From: Spirochaetaceae bacterium
GTDB taxonomy: Bacteria; Spirochaetota; Spirochaetia; DSM-2461
Reading direction: 5' to 3'
Assembly: GCA_965224705.1 (NCBI GenBank)
Contig: OZ245056.1
Location: forward strand, 2,496,001-2,560,000
Length of the DNA stretch: 64,000 bases
How positions within the stretch are numbered: the first letter of the stretch is position 1; every line of letters begins with the position of its first letter. Under the pieces are notes generated by a model. That model was not told where the DNA came from. It did not search any database and worked only from the letters and a program-made list of their open reading frames with translations. A program made the translations under genes and the position numbers. Below are positions 38,747-49,337 of the stretch, in pieces.

Positions 38747-40411
38747 ATGATACAACGCATTGATAGAGTGAGATGGGAGGTCTCAGTGTCATATCGACTG
38801 AAGATTCTAGTGCTGACATTGGTATTTATCTCAAAATCCACAGCTGTCACGGCTTTCAGTCATACTGTGGCATCCAACGAAACCCTCTATAGTCTGTCCA
38901 AAAAATACAGGGTATCTATTGAATTCATCCGCCGGGTGAATAACCTGACAGATGATCTGATCTACCATGGAGATGAACTTGAGATACCTGTGGATGGAAC
39001 CAGTGAAATAATTGTTCAACCCGGGGACAGTTTATCCGGTTTGTCATATCTTTTCGATATTTCCGAACGAAGTATCATGGAGGCCAACAATCTTTCGTCA
39101 GAAAGTATTCAAATCGGGCAGGTACTCAAAATCCCCCCCCCAGTTCCCGAGGGATTCCATAGAGTACTTCGCGGTGAAACCATTCTGGGGATTGCATCAC
39201 GTCATGGGCTCTCCGCAGCTCAGCTCAGAGCGTATAACAATATTCAGGACGATGTTATCTATCCAGATCAATTGATTGTAACTCAGCCTCCTCATCCGGA
39301 AGGGATTCGAGTTGTCAAAGGACAGTCCCTGTGGGAGATTGCCCAGACTTATGGTGTAAGCATGGACGATCTGAGGCAGTGGAACAGCATCGGCGAGAAG
39401 CAGATTATTCATCCAGGAGAGATTCTGGTGCTGTATCCCCATATCACCAATCCTGCATCAATCATTGAGCCCCCGGGTGAACAGAAGTCAGTGGCTCTTG
39501 CTTCTGTTCAGTCTCCTGTCTCCAGGGTCATGGATCTACCCCGGGAGGGAGAGTATTTTTACTCAAAACCACTGAAAGATACTCAGCCAAGTGTTACTTA
39601 TTGGGAGGGACCCACAGCTTCGGCTAAAACTGACTATCAGAGGGCTCGGAAAATCCTTGAAGCATTCAAAATGGAAGTTGAACAATTGCCTGTTTTAAGC
39701 AGACAACTGGATGGCTGGCATCTGGTTCTGGATCCTGGACATGGGGGGCTGGATCCAGGAAGCATAGTATCGGCTGTGGACGGTAACGGAAACTCAATTG
39801 TTATTACCGAAGATGAATATGTCTATGATATTTCGCTCAGGGCATATCAGGATCTTGTTCGTCATGGTGCATCGGTGGATTTGACAATTATTGCGCCAGA
39901 TCATCATATTCGCAACAATGAGAATGCCAGAAAGAGCTTCGTAAACCGTAAAAGTGAAGTATATCACAGTAAAGACCACAATGAGACACAGGGCTGGCGT
40001 CCGGTGGGGAACATTGCCGGACTTGACCTTCGGAAGACCATTGCTTCCAGATCCATCATGTCTGTTCCTCAATCTCGACGGTCCCGAGGGACACTGTTTG
40101 TAAGCATACATGCCGATAATTCTGCGAATTTCCCCGAAGGTACAGCAGTTCTTTATGATGGTGAAAACAAAGAGGAGTTGGCTCGTTCGAAAGTTTTTGC
40201 CGCTGTTATGGCCAGGAACATGGGAATTGGCTCCTTTATTCATCAGCAGAATCTAAGGGTACTGAAGGGAAATCCTGCTGATGCGGCGATATTGGTAGAG
40301 GTGCGCAATGTGCATTACACAGGTGATGCATGGGCCCTCCGCAGTACAGAACTTCGTGATCAGGATGCAAAGATGCTGGTAGAGGGAATACTTGACTGGG
40401 CCAGACAGTAG
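38747..40411 (+). CDS. N-acetylmuramoyl-L-alanine amidase (Amidase_3) with four LysM domains
   Basis: Four LysM repeats; LDPGHGG, EDEY, VSIHAD, LVEV Zn-binding/catalytic residues; start uncertain. Confidence 0.88.
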   Translation: MIQRIDRVRWEVSVSYRLKILVLTLVFISKSTAVTAFSHTVASNETLYSLSKKYRVSIEFIRRVNNLTDDLIYHGDELEIPVDGTSEIIVQPGDSLSGLSYLFDISERSIMEANNLSSESIQIGQVLKIPPPVPEGFHRVLRGETILGIASRHGLSAAQLRAYNNIQDDVIYPDQLIVTQPPHPEGIRVVKGQSLWEIAQTYGVSMDDLRQWNSIGEKQIIHPGEILVLYPHITNPASIIEPPGEQKSVALASVQSPVSRVMDLPREGEYFYSKPLKDTQPSVTYWEGPTASAKTDYQRARKILEAFKMEVEQLPVLSRQLDGWHLVLDPGHGGLDPGSIVSAVDGNGNSIVITEDEYVYDISLRAYQDLVRHGASVDLTIIAPDHHIRNNENARKSFVNRKSEVYHSKDHNETQGWRPVGNIAGLDLRKTIASRSIMSVPQSRRSRGTLFVSIHADNSANFPEGTAVLYDGENKEELARSKVFAAVMARNMGIGSFIHQQNLRVLKGNPADAAILVEVRNVHYTGDAWALRSTELRDQDAKMLVEGILDWARQ

Positions 40412-40443
40412 ACTGTTGTCCATAGCTTGAGGAATAATGTCAT

Positions 40444-41550
40444 ATGAGCCCGGATAATAAACGACGATTACACACTCCCCAGGGAGCAGAGGCTGTGTAC
40501 CTTGAAGAGGCCTGCCGTCACCGGAAGCTGCTGCGCATGACGGAAGACCACTTCACATCCTGGGGATACCAGCCGGCATTGACTCCTGTGTTTGATTACT
40601 ATGAAACCTACCGGCCTCTTCTGGATCATGCACAGCTGGAGCGGATTTATCGTTTCCCGGACAGGGATGGAGAATTGCTGATGCTCCGATCAGATGTTAC
40701 TCTTTTTCTGGCAAAACAGATGGGACTTGTTTTGAGGAATGATGAGAGTCCTGTACGAGTGTACTATGCGGACAGCATCCTGCGGCATCAATCGGAAGAG
40801 GATATTTCCAGCGATGAGTTTTTTCAGGTGGGAGGAGAATTGATTGGACTGTCCGGTTGTGATGGAGATCTGGAAGTATTGATGCTTCTGCATGATTTAC
40901 TAACAGAGCTCCAGCTTCCGAAATGGAGGATGCATATCGGTTCACGGCAATTGACTGACCGGGTACTGGGTCGGCAGGGAGATGCTGGCGAAGCGGGAAG
41001 ATTCATGGAAACCCGTGATAAGGCCGCCCTTATCAAACTGTTTGCCCGATCAGGATTATCCGCCCCTGAATCCCGGGCTGAACTATTATTCTTTCTTGGA
41101 ACCCCGGATGAGTTTGCCGACTCCTGGAAAAAACTGACTTCCCAATGCGGTGATTCATCGGATAACGGGATAGCTGAAGCAGCCGAAGAATTGGTCTCCC
41201 TGGCGGCTGAATTGACTCAGATCGTGTCTCAGGATTCTATTCGAATTGATTTATCGGAGCATGGAGATCAACCCTACTATACAGGATTCACAGTGAAAGC
41301 CTATGTTGAAGGAGTTTCAACAGCGGTAGCTGCCGGCGGACGATATGACGATCTGTCAGGATTTTTTGGAACCAGACTGCCCGCGGCAGGTTTCAGTTTG
41401 TTAACACGCAAAATTGAACCGCTGAGTATCTATGCCTCCGCAATTTCCGAAGATTTAAAAGCATCAAAGGCACAGGGCGTTGACTTCATCCAGCGCTACA
41501 GAGATGCTGAAAATCGAAGAAAAAACGGAGAAAAAGTCACCCTATCATGA
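40444..41550 (+). CDS. hisZ: ATP phosphoribosyltransferase regulatory subunit
   Basis: HisRS-like LRSDVT, EFFQVGGELIG, YYTG, GGRYD; upstream of short hisG. Confidence 0.9.
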   Translation: MSPDNKRRLHTPQGAEAVYLEEACRHRKLLRMTEDHFTSWGYQPALTPVFDYYETYRPLLDHAQLERIYRFPDRDGELLMLRSDVTLFLAKQMGLVLRNDESPVRVYYADSILRHQSEEDISSDEFFQVGGELIGLSGCDGDLEVLMLLHDLLTELQLPKWRMHIGSRQLTDRVLGRQGDAGEAGRFMETRDKAALIKLFARSGLSAPESRAELLFFLGTPDEFADSWKKLTSQCGDSSDNGIAEAAEELVSLAAELTQIVSQDSIRIDLSEHGDQPYYTGFTVKAYVEGVSTAVAAGGRYDDLSGFFGTRLPAAGFSLLTRKIEPLSIYASAISEDLKASKAQGVDFIQRYRDAENRRKNGEKVTLS

Positions 41551-41665
41551 GAAAAATCTTGAGTGTCCTTCAAGACAGGATCCATTTCGGTTCAGGCCAG
41601 ATCTTCTCCCTCATTGCGGCATTGATGGATTACTCCAGAAAATTTAAAAAACGAGTTTTCTCAAC

Positions 41666-42283
41666 GTGCCCTTAACACTTGCCATTCCCAAAGGCCGATT
41701 GATGCATTCAGTTGAGGAGTATTTATCGGAGAGGGGTATCACAGTCATTTTTGAACCTCGTCAGCTCTCCGGAACGGACAGCAGCGGTTTACTTGAAGTC
41801 TATAAGGTAAAAAACCACGATCTGCCCACCTATGTTCGCCATGGCATTACTGGTTTGGGAATTGCGGGAGATGATACTGTGGCGGAATCAGGTTTATCAT
41901 TCCCCCGGATGTTTACTTTTCCATTCGGCGGTACCAGACTTTGCCTCTCCGCTCCTGTTGGTTCAAAACCTCCGGAACGAATCGGGGGAACTGTCAGTGT
42001 AGCAACCAGCTATGTCCGCATGACAAGGGAATGGTTCCATCAGCATGGGATACCTGTGAAAATCATCCGTCTTGGCGGCAGTGTGGAGCTGGCACCTGCC
42101 CTTGGCCTGACCGATTACATAGTTGATCTTGTGGAATCGGGTCATACACTGGCGGCTAACGGGCTGGAAGTTGTTTCTCAGATGGCTGAAATCTCTGTCC
42201 GGCTGATTGCAAATCCGGCCTATTTCAAACTTTGCTATGATGAGATTCAGAAACTGACCGATATTCTGAGTATGGAGAAATAA
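41666..42283 (+). CDS. hisG: ATP phosphoribosyltransferase, short form
   Basis: LAIPKGR, DLPTYV, GSVELAP, IVDLVESG. Confidence 0.95.
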   Translation: MPLTLAIPKGRLMHSVEEYLSERGITVIFEPRQLSGTDSSGLLEVYKVKNHDLPTYVRHGITGLGIAGDDTVAESGLSFPRMFTFPFGGTRLCLSAPVGSKPPERIGGTVSVATSYVRMTREWFHQHGIPVKIIRLGGSVELAPALGLTDYIVDLVESGHTLAANGLEVVSQMAEISVRLIANPAYFKLCYDEIQKLTDILSMEK

Positions 42284-42861
42284 TGATAAGAATCCAGAGA
42301 AAGACCAGAGAAACAGATGTTCAGGTAATTCTTGATATGGGCGCCGACGGACCATCTGATCCTCAGACAGGTCTGCCGTTTTTCGATCACATGCTGAATT
42401 CCATGGCATTTCATGGGCAATTCCAACTTGAGATCACAGCAAGTGGTGATGTTGCCGTTGATCCTCATCACCTGGTTGAAGATACGGGTCTTGTGATTGG
42501 TCAGGCTCTCGAAGAGTACCGATTGAAAACTAATGGCATTGCCAGATATGGTCAGGCTCTTATTCCCATGGATGATGCTCTGAGTGAAGCGGTTGTTGAT
42601 GCCTGTGGCCGTCCTTACCTTGTTTGCAATGTGCAGTGGCCGCAAACTCATGCCGGTGATTTCGATCTATCCCTTCTCAGGGAGTTCTGGTGGGGGCTGG
42701 CTGTTGCGGGAAAACTCAATCTCCATCTTCATACCCGATATGCGGAGAATGCTCATCATGGGGCCGAATCTCTCTTCAAAGCTGTCGGGAGGGCTCTGGG
42801 TAAGGCATATCAGCCAATTCAAGGCGGCGAATCAGCCATGTCAACTAAAGGTAGAATATAG
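42283..42861 (+). CDS. hisB: Imidazoleglycerol-phosphate dehydratase
   Basis: RKTRET, FFDHML, DPHHLVED, NAHHGAE, STKG. Confidence 0.96.
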   Translation: MIRIQRKTRETDVQVILDMGADGPSDPQTGLPFFDHMLNSMAFHGQFQLEITASGDVAVDPHHLVEDTGLVIGQALEEYRLKTNGIARYGQALIPMDDALSEAVVDACGRPYLVCNVQWPQTHAGDFDLSLLREFWWGLAVAGKLNLHLHTRYAENAHHGAESLFKAVGRALGKAYQPIQGGESAMSTKGRI

Positions 42862-42864
42862 GTC

Positions 42865-43185
42865 GTGGCCAGGATACTTCAGGAAGGGTTCATAAAAACT
42901 GTCAGGCCCAAAACCATTCAGGTAAAATCTTCAGAAAAGGCGGCCTTGATCAGAAAAGGAAATCAGTTGCTCAATTCCGGCGATGTGGAAATGGCCAGGA
43001 AGATATTCCTGTCCCTTGGGTATTCCGATGGCATAATCAGAATAGGTGACTATTACTATAATAATGCCGACTATGCGGAAGCCTGGCGGATGTATAAAAT
43101 TGCCCCGGCTCCCGATAAGGCTGCACAGATGACAGAACTCATGGCCAATATCCTTGTGAAGTGGATGGAAGACCGGGGAAAATGA
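42865..43185 (+). CDS. Small TPR-like hypothetical protein
   Basis: LIRKGNQLLN...GYSDGIIRIGDYY helical repeats. Confidence 0.7.
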   Translation: MARILQEGFIKTVRPKTIQVKSSEKAALIRKGNQLLNSGDVEMARKIFLSLGYSDGIIRIGDYYYNNADYAEAWRMYKIAPAPDKAAQMTELMANILVKWMEDRGK

Positions 43186-43398
43186 TTGGGGTTATCCACT
43201 TCCCGGATAGATGATACTGCTTTTGAGAAATTATGACACAGATAGGCACTCCTTATTGTCTCAATGATTCAAATCGACTCAAAATAAGTATATCCTGATG
43301 AAAACACTGTGATTCTCTACGCCGATCTGTAGATTCTGCTGAGAATTTGTTTTTTTATTTCTTTTAATAAAAAGGAAATAGATTAACGATTTAGAAAG

Positions 43399-43415
43399 TT
43401 GGCATGCTATGTGCT
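43399..43415 (+). promoter_or_regulatory. Putative sigma54 (-24/-12) promoter of hsp20
   Basis: TTGGCATGCTATGTGCT with correct GG-to-GC spacing; AT-rich tract upstream. Confidence 0.55.
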
Positions 43416-43453
43416 ATATAGGTAGTGAGATCAATTTCATGAGGAGGTATGAT

Positions 43454-43870
43454 ATGAAACATCTCTGTACAACTGCCTGGAGGCCGCTGAGCATGATGAA
43501 TGGTCTGGATTCCATGCTGAAGCATTACATGGAATCTTCAGATCCCCACGAAGGATTTGCTGTCGATACAGCTGAAACAAATGAAGGTTATCGAATACTG
43601 GCTGATCTACCCGGATTCGCAGCGTCTGAAATTGATGTGCGGATTGATAATAATGCATTGGTTATCGAAGCCAGAGTGGAAGATCGAAATGAGGAAGAAA
43701 TAACCTGGCACAGTCGAGAACGATTGCGGAGGAATCGAAAACGTTCATTTATTCTGCCCGATGATGTTGACAGGAGCTCTGTTGAGGCCAGAATGGAAAA
43801 TGGTACTCTGATTGTTGAACTGAAGAAGAGTCCTGGGTCCGAATCTTTCAATATAAAAGTGCAGAGTTAA
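43454..43870 (+). CDS. Hsp20/alpha-crystallin small heat-shock protein
   Basis: ADLPG, RER, RSFILP, ARMENGTL; SD GGAGG. Confidence 0.9.
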   Translation: MKHLCTTAWRPLSMMNGLDSMLKHYMESSDPHEGFAVDTAETNEGYRILADLPGFAASEIDVRIDNNALVIEARVEDRNEEEITWHSRERLRRNRKRSFILPDDVDRSSVEARMENGTLIVELKKSPGSESFNIKVQS

Positions 43871-43926
43871 TCAGGCAGGTTTCATTCAGCCGTCACATTC
43901 GCATTCCGGATATGACGGCTTTTTTG

Positions 43927-45600
43927 TCAGTAGTGAAATCCGCTTCGGCCGATGAACTCCCGCAGGATTGAGTATAGGGGAACTTCTTCAATAGGGAAGG
44001 GAGAGAAATTGTCCAGAAACGCCAATAGACGTCTTGCTTCTCCATATTCCTCTTCAACAGGAGATACTGTTCGTAAGAGGGGTTCGGCAAACACCTTCAA
44101 TATGGCCAGCTCGTAATCCAGGGCTGAATTGAACATTGTATCGGCCAGATACTGCCAGGGGAAGATGTGCTTTTCTTCTCCACGGCGAACAGATGACCAG
44201 ATTTTAAGTGTATCACTGGCTGAGTACTGGCGAAATTGATGGTCCCGGACAATGCGGCGAATGAGCCTGTTGTCTGTTGTAGGAATGCGGATATGGTTGT
44301 CCAGATTCAAGGTTGTCAGGGCGGAGATATAAATACGAAATGCTTTGCCCATATCCAGATCCGGTGCCAGGTTGGGATTCAAACCATGAATTCCTTCGAA
44401 TAGAAGAACACTATCTTCATTGAGGATTGTTTTTCTGCCCCGGGGAAGGCGCCCCCCAGTTTTTTTGAAATCGAAGACAGGTATTTCTACTTCTTTTCCG
44501 GCAAAGAGGTCTGCAATGTTTTCATTGAAGAGTTTAACATCCAGTGCTTCCAATACCTCAAAATCCGGTTTGCCGTCTCTATCTTTTGGGATGTTTTCTA
44601 TTCTGTTGTAATAATCATCCAGACTGACAAGCTTCGGATGCAAGCCAATGGATTTAAGACTCAATGCCAGTTTCTTCATGAATGTTGTTTTGCCTGACGA
44701 TGAGGGACCAGCTATCATGACAACCTTTACTTCGCTGGATTTCTGGTTAATCTTCCCTGCGATTTCTGCTATTTTTCTATCGTGGAGGGCCTCGGCTGTA
44801 AGGATGAAATCTTTTGCCGTACTGCGTTGACGGGACAGGGTGTTGAGACTGGCAACATTGGATACAGAAAGAATTTCTCCCCAGCGTTTGTATTCTTTAT
44901 AAACGGCATAGAGCTGAGATTTATTCCTGCTCTGGTTCAATACTTGAGGAGTCCTATGTGACGGGTAGCCCAATATGAGCCCCTCGGCATAGGGCTTGAC
45001 AGAGAATTCTTTCAGGACACCCGTATTCTCAACCATGGGGCTGTACCGTAGAGTCATGTACTGGTCAGTTCTCCAGATCTTTAATGGAGAATTGTTAAGC
45101 TCCCGCAGGAGTAATACAGTTGACTCGCATCCAAGACTTTTATAGTACTCAATCATATCCGTCCAGGACATTTCGTCGGGTATGATGTCCTGGGTATCTT
45201 CAACAATTTCCTTCATCCTGCCTTCAATACTCTCAGCTTCCTGCCTGCTGACAGATGGTGAATCGTCCTGAAATCTATAGAAGAAACCATTATCAAGGGA
45301 GTGTCCAATAATTGTCTGGCGATCAGGATAGACCTGATGAACTGCTATTTCAAATAAGAATATGAGTGAGTTTTGATAGATTCGCTGTCCGGAGGATTCG
45401 TGCAATGCTATGGGTACGAGTTCACAATTAACAGTTATTCTATCCATGAGAGAGGCATATTCATTATTCATGCGGGCTGCAATTATTTTTGAGTTATTTC
45501 TATCCAGACCTGAGTTGAAGCATTCATGGATGCAGGTTCCGTAGGGCACGCTTAGTTTTTGCTTCCCCAGGATAACAGTCATGTTTCGTTCTCTTATCAT
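43927..45600 (-). CDS. Nucleoside (uridine) kinase fused to a ThrRS-like N-terminal domain
   Basis: IAGPSSSGKTT, SLDDYY, EGIHGLN, DNRLIRRIVRD, REFIG; ATG 45600 has SD GGAG. Confidence 0.85.
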   Translation of the reverse strand: MIRERNMTVILGKQKLSVPYGTCIHECFNSGLDRNNSKIIAARMNNEYASLMDRITVNCELVPIALHESSGQRIYQNSLIFLFEIAVHQVYPDRQTIIGHSLDNGFFYRFQDDSPSVSRQEAESIEGRMKEIVEDTQDIIPDEMSWTDMIEYYKSLGCESTVLLLRELNNSPLKIWRTDQYMTLRYSPMVENTGVLKEFSVKPYAEGLILGYPSHRTPQVLNQSRNKSQLYAVYKEYKRWGEILSVSNVASLNTLSRQRSTAKDFILTAEALHDRKIAEIAGKINQKSSEVKVVMIAGPSSSGKTTFMKKLALSLKSIGLHPKLVSLDDYYNRIENIPKDRDGKPDFEVLEALDVKLFNENIADLFAGKEVEIPVFDFKKTGGRLPRGRKTILNEDSVLLFEGIHGLNPNLAPDLDMGKAFRIYISALTTLNLDNHIRIPTTDNRLIRRIVRDHQFRQYSASDTLKIWSSVRRGEEKHIFPWQYLADTMFNSALDYELAILKVFAEPLLRTVSPVEEEYGEARRLLAFLDNFSPFPIEEVPLYSILREFIGRSGFHY

Positions 45601-45625
45601 TTCTGATCTCCATGCTGATGATTCA

Positions 45626-46825
45626 TCATGGCAAAAGTTTATCGGTCCGCAATCTTGAAATCTGCTGGTTGCTGAGAGCATTTACTATGGTTAAACTGTT
45701 TTCTTCATGTGTATCCACAACAAGGAGGTCTTTGAGAGGATTGAGGTTTTTATCCAGCAGAAGCTTCACAATTGGTGATTTCAGATCTTTTGGATTAATC
45801 TCCTGAACAACACCAATGGCATTGTTGTCCAGTGCAATGTAGGTTCCTGGAGGATACAATGAAAAAGTCTTCAGAAGAGCCTTTATTACGGTCTCATCAA
45901 AATTTGTACCAATTTCCTGCATCATCAGCAGCATTGCGGAATGGGGATTCAAACTGACTCTATACGCTTTTTTTGAGATTCGGGCAGCATAAACACTTGC
46001 CGCAGCCAGAATTTTCCCTATCAGGGATATGCCCACTCCTTTTATTCCCAATGGAGAACCGGATCCATCTTCTCTTTCTTGATATTGAGCAATGCCCAAT
46101 GGAATATCCGGTGAAATTGATGACTTACTTCGTTTGAAGTAAGTGGTAAGCAGTTCTTTCCCAAGGATGGGATGAGCTCTAAACAGTTTCTCTTCAGATT
46201 CATTCAACTGCGATTTTTTATTGTACAGCTTGATGCATGTCTGATAGGGAATCTTCATCATCCCGATTTTGTGTAAAACTCCTGCAATTCCAATTTCTAT
46301 AAGTCGAAACAGAGGTATTTTCAATCCTTCGCCAATCAATATGGCAATAACAGTGGTCATGCAGATACTGTGAATAAATATGTTTTCTACATCTTCGTAG
46401 ATCCCGGAGAGTTGCAGCACGTAGTTCCTGTACTCTTTAATCTTCACGATGAGATCTCTCACCATTTCCGTTATTAGTGGTAAATCAATTTCCTTGTTGA
46501 CGTTAAAAACAGTATAAGTATCTGTAATAAAAAGATGCAAATCTTCGTATAATTCTCTGGCAGTTCTGAGATCTTCTTCAGCTTCCGCATCAATACTGAG
46601 TACCGTAGCATTTTCAATTTCCTCCAGGGCAGGAGTGGGGGCATCCGTCATCGTTCCCCGGGTAAAAACTGTCCGAAACTCCCAATTCTTCAGATTTCTT
46701 ATCAATGACTCCGTTACAGGGGTTTCTCTGGTGAGAAGAAGAATTCTCTCATCAAGCCACAACAGGTCATTGAGAAGTGCATTGGGTTTGAGAGAACTTA
46801 CTGGTAATTCATTAATAGCCGACAT
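45626..46825 (-). CDS. HD-GYP domain protein with degenerate motifs
   Basis: HSIC...LHKIG...HPILG...QYQEREDGSGSPLG; C-terminal YPPGTYIAL. Confidence 0.82.
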   Translation of the reverse strand: MSAINELPVSSLKPNALLNDLLWLDERILLLTRETPVTESLIRNLKNWEFRTVFTRGTMTDAPTPALEEIENATVLSIDAEAEEDLRTARELYEDLHLFITDTYTVFNVNKEIDLPLITEMVRDLIVKIKEYRNYVLQLSGIYEDVENIFIHSICMTTVIAILIGEGLKIPLFRLIEIGIAGVLHKIGMMKIPYQTCIKLYNKKSQLNESEEKLFRAHPILGKELLTTYFKRSKSSISPDIPLGIAQYQEREDGSGSPLGIKGVGISLIGKILAAASVYAARISKKAYRVSLNPHSAMLLMMQEIGTNFDETVIKALLKTFSLYPPGTYIALDNNAIGVVQEINPKDLKSPIVKLLLDKNLNPLKDLLVVDTHEENSLTIVNALSNQQISRLRTDKLLP

Positions 46826-46887
46826 ATGCTTTCTTGACCCCTTCTACTGGCTTCAATACACTGATTTCTCAGTACTCATGCACCTGG

Positions 46888-46985
46888 GAGTCTGTCGGAC
46901 TTTAAGGCTGTGTGAGTATTTTGGCAGCACAGCAGCAGGAAAGAAGAGCGACAATTGAGCCGTGAGGCGTGAGTCCGACAGGCTC
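46888..46985 (-). mobile_element. MITE family A, partial-core copy (98 bp)
   Basis: CTGG|GAGTCTGTCGGA...TCCGACAGGCTC|CCGG. Confidence 0.82.
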
Positions 46986-47020
46986 CCGGGCAGCATCATT
47001 TCATTATACAGGAGTGTTCC

Positions 47021-47812
47021 GTGAAATTTAAGTCCATATTCTGGATATATAACATAATTGTCATATTCGTGCTCCTATCATTCACTCTTATCTCCCTGTT
47101 TGTTTTTGGTTCAATCTACATAGTAGAATACTGGAGCAGGATGTGGGTTGTCACGGCCATCTTTGTCGTTTTAGTTGGACTACTTGATTACTACTTCATT
47201 CTTAATTGGAAACTCTTTGACTTAATGGAAAAAGAAGACTGGCCGGTACTTCTGGCATGGCTGGAGGATAAGATATACAGAAAAGGTAAAATAAAGAAGC
47301 ACTATGTCAACCTTCTGATCAATACGGCATTATCGGTATCCAATCTGGAATCAGTGAGGAAACTGGAAACTGAGATAAGGCACCGAAAAAAAGGATTACT
47401 CCCAAAAGTTGGGGTGTCATTGGGTATCCCCCTGCTGTTGAAACAGAATCACAGGGCCATATATGACTATTATACACAATTTGCGGAGGATGAAAAAACT
47501 TCTATGCGGGAATGGGCCCAATGGTGTCAGGCCTACGCTTCTGAAGATCCAATGTATGCTGTTCTTTTTGAGTTATTGAATAGCCAGGATCCATCTATAA
47601 GTTTACTATCCATGGATTTATTAGAGCAGAATTCGGGGGAACTGGATGAACAGGATATCAGGAAAATCGATGAATTCAAAAGAAGCATCCATTCAAAGTT
47701 AGCTGGTTCAAAGGGTGTCCGCATCCTGCAGGAATCCCGTGAAAGAAGTCTTATCGCCAATGTCATGTCTTCCCGGGTTGATACCGTGCGGGATAAACTC
47801 ATTAACCAGTGA
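47021..47812 (+). CDS. Membrane hypothetical protein
   Basis: SD AGGAG, GTG start; two N-terminal TM helices. Confidence 0.75.
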   Translation: MKFKSIFWIYNIIVIFVLLSFTLISLFVFGSIYIVEYWSRMWVVTAIFVVLVGLLDYYFILNWKLFDLMEKEDWPVLLAWLEDKIYRKGKIKKHYVNLLINTALSVSNLESVRKLETEIRHRKKGLLPKVGVSLGIPLLLKQNHRAIYDYYTQFAEDEKTSMREWAQWCQAYASEDPMYAVLFELLNSQDPSISLLSMDLLEQNSGELDEQDIRKIDEFKRSIHSKLAGSKGVRILQESRERSLIANVMSSRVDTVRDKLINQ

Positions 47813-47831
47813 ATTAAGGAGTTCTTGCCCT

Positions 47832-49337
47832 ATGAGTGTTCGTGTCCGTTATGCACCTTCGCCAACAGGCTTACAGCACATTGGCGGAATTCGTACTGCA
47901 TTGTTCAATTATTTTTTCGCACGGGTCAGTAAGGGGAAATTCATCCTGAGGGTGGAAGATACGGATCAGGAAAGAAGCACTCCGGAAGCCCTCAGCGACC
48001 TGTATTCCAATCTGGAATGGCTGGGTATTGATTTCGATGAGGGCCCCGGAAAAGAAGGGAATTGCGGTCCCTATATACAATCCCTCAGGAAGGAAATCTA
48101 CAGGGAAAAAGCGCAGCATCTGGTACAGATGGGAAAGGCCTATCCCTGTTTTTGTTCCTCTGAGCGCCTGAACCAGATCCGTGAGGAGCAAAAGAATTCA
48201 AAAACTGATATTGGTTATGATCGCAGATGTGAGAGTATTTCTCCGTCAGAAGCTGCCGCCCGCATGGCTTCCGGTGAGCCATATGTTCTCAGATTGAAAG
48301 TTCCCCGGGAGGGTAAAACAGAATTTGCAGACCTTTTGCTTGGCCGTATCAGCCGTAAGAACAAGGATATTAACCCTGATCCTGTTATTCTTAAATCGGA
48401 TGGATTTCCAACCTATCATCTGGCTAATGTCATTGATGATCACATGATGGGCATTACCCATATAATGCGTGCCCAGGAATGGATCCCTTCGGGTCCGCTG
48501 CATGTATTGCTCTACCAGGCATTCAGCTGGAATCTGCCTTTCTACTGCCACCTTCCCATGGTGATGGGAAAAGATGGGCAGAAACTCTCCAAGAGACATG
48601 GAGCAACAGCGGTTTCGGATTTCCGTGCCGCAGGCTACCTGCCCGAAGCCATCATCAATTACATTTCTCTTCTGGGTTGGAGTTATGATGATTCCCGTGA
48701 GTTTTTTACCAGAAACGAGCTTTGTGAATTGTTTTGTATTGAGAAAATCAATAAATCTCCAGCTATTTTCGACTACAGGAAGCTTGAGTGGTTTAATGGT
48801 CAGTATATTCGCAGAAAAGACCCGGAAACTTTAAAAACTGAGCTGAGATCCATATTGGTACAGGATGGAATAATATCCAATCCAATATCAGCTGAGGACA
48901 GGGACATCTTCGAGGGCGCATTCCCCATTGTCCGGGAACGGCTTAAAGTTCTTGGAGATGTATCATCCATGCTGAGATTTCTTTTTGATGACCCCGGAAC
49001 TGGCAATACTGAAGATGCCATACCGAAAAAAATGGATGGTTTGCAGACAGCCGCCGTACTGAGGGCTGGTATTATACTATTGGGCAATGCCCCGGAAGTT
49101 CCCCCTGTTGCCAACCAGACTGCGTGCCGAAAATGGGACGATGACCGGGAGAATGAATTCCGGGCAAAGGCCGATGAATCCGGATGGAAGTTCGGGGTAA
49201 TGATGCAGCCTCTGCGGCTGGCCGTTACGGCCAGCAAGGTCAGTCCCCCCCTGTTTCCGGCAATTCGACTTCTGGGAATTGAGGAATCCCTCCGGCGGGC
49301 AGAACGATTACTGAAGGAACTGGAGGGGACTCTTTAA
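47832..49337 (+). CDS. gltX: Glutamate--tRNA ligase
   Basis: RYAPSPTGLQHIGG (HIGH), KLSKRHG (KMSKS), VSPPLF. Confidence 0.96.
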   Translation: MSVRVRYAPSPTGLQHIGGIRTALFNYFFARVSKGKFILRVEDTDQERSTPEALSDLYSNLEWLGIDFDEGPGKEGNCGPYIQSLRKEIYREKAQHLVQMGKAYPCFCSSERLNQIREEQKNSKTDIGYDRRCESISPSEAAARMASGEPYVLRLKVPREGKTEFADLLLGRISRKNKDINPDPVILKSDGFPTYHLANVIDDHMMGITHIMRAQEWIPSGPLHVLLYQAFSWNLPFYCHLPMVMGKDGQKLSKRHGATAVSDFRAAGYLPEAIINYISLLGWSYDDSREFFTRNELCELFCIEKINKSPAIFDYRKLEWFNGQYIRRKDPETLKTELRSILVQDGIISNPISAEDRDIFEGAFPIVRERLKVLGDVSSMLRFLFDDPGTGNTEDAIPKKMDGLQTAAVLRAGIILLGNAPEVPPVANQTACRKWDDDRENEFRAKADESGWKFGVMMQPLRLAVTASKVSPPLFPAIRLLGIEESLRRAERLLKELEGTL

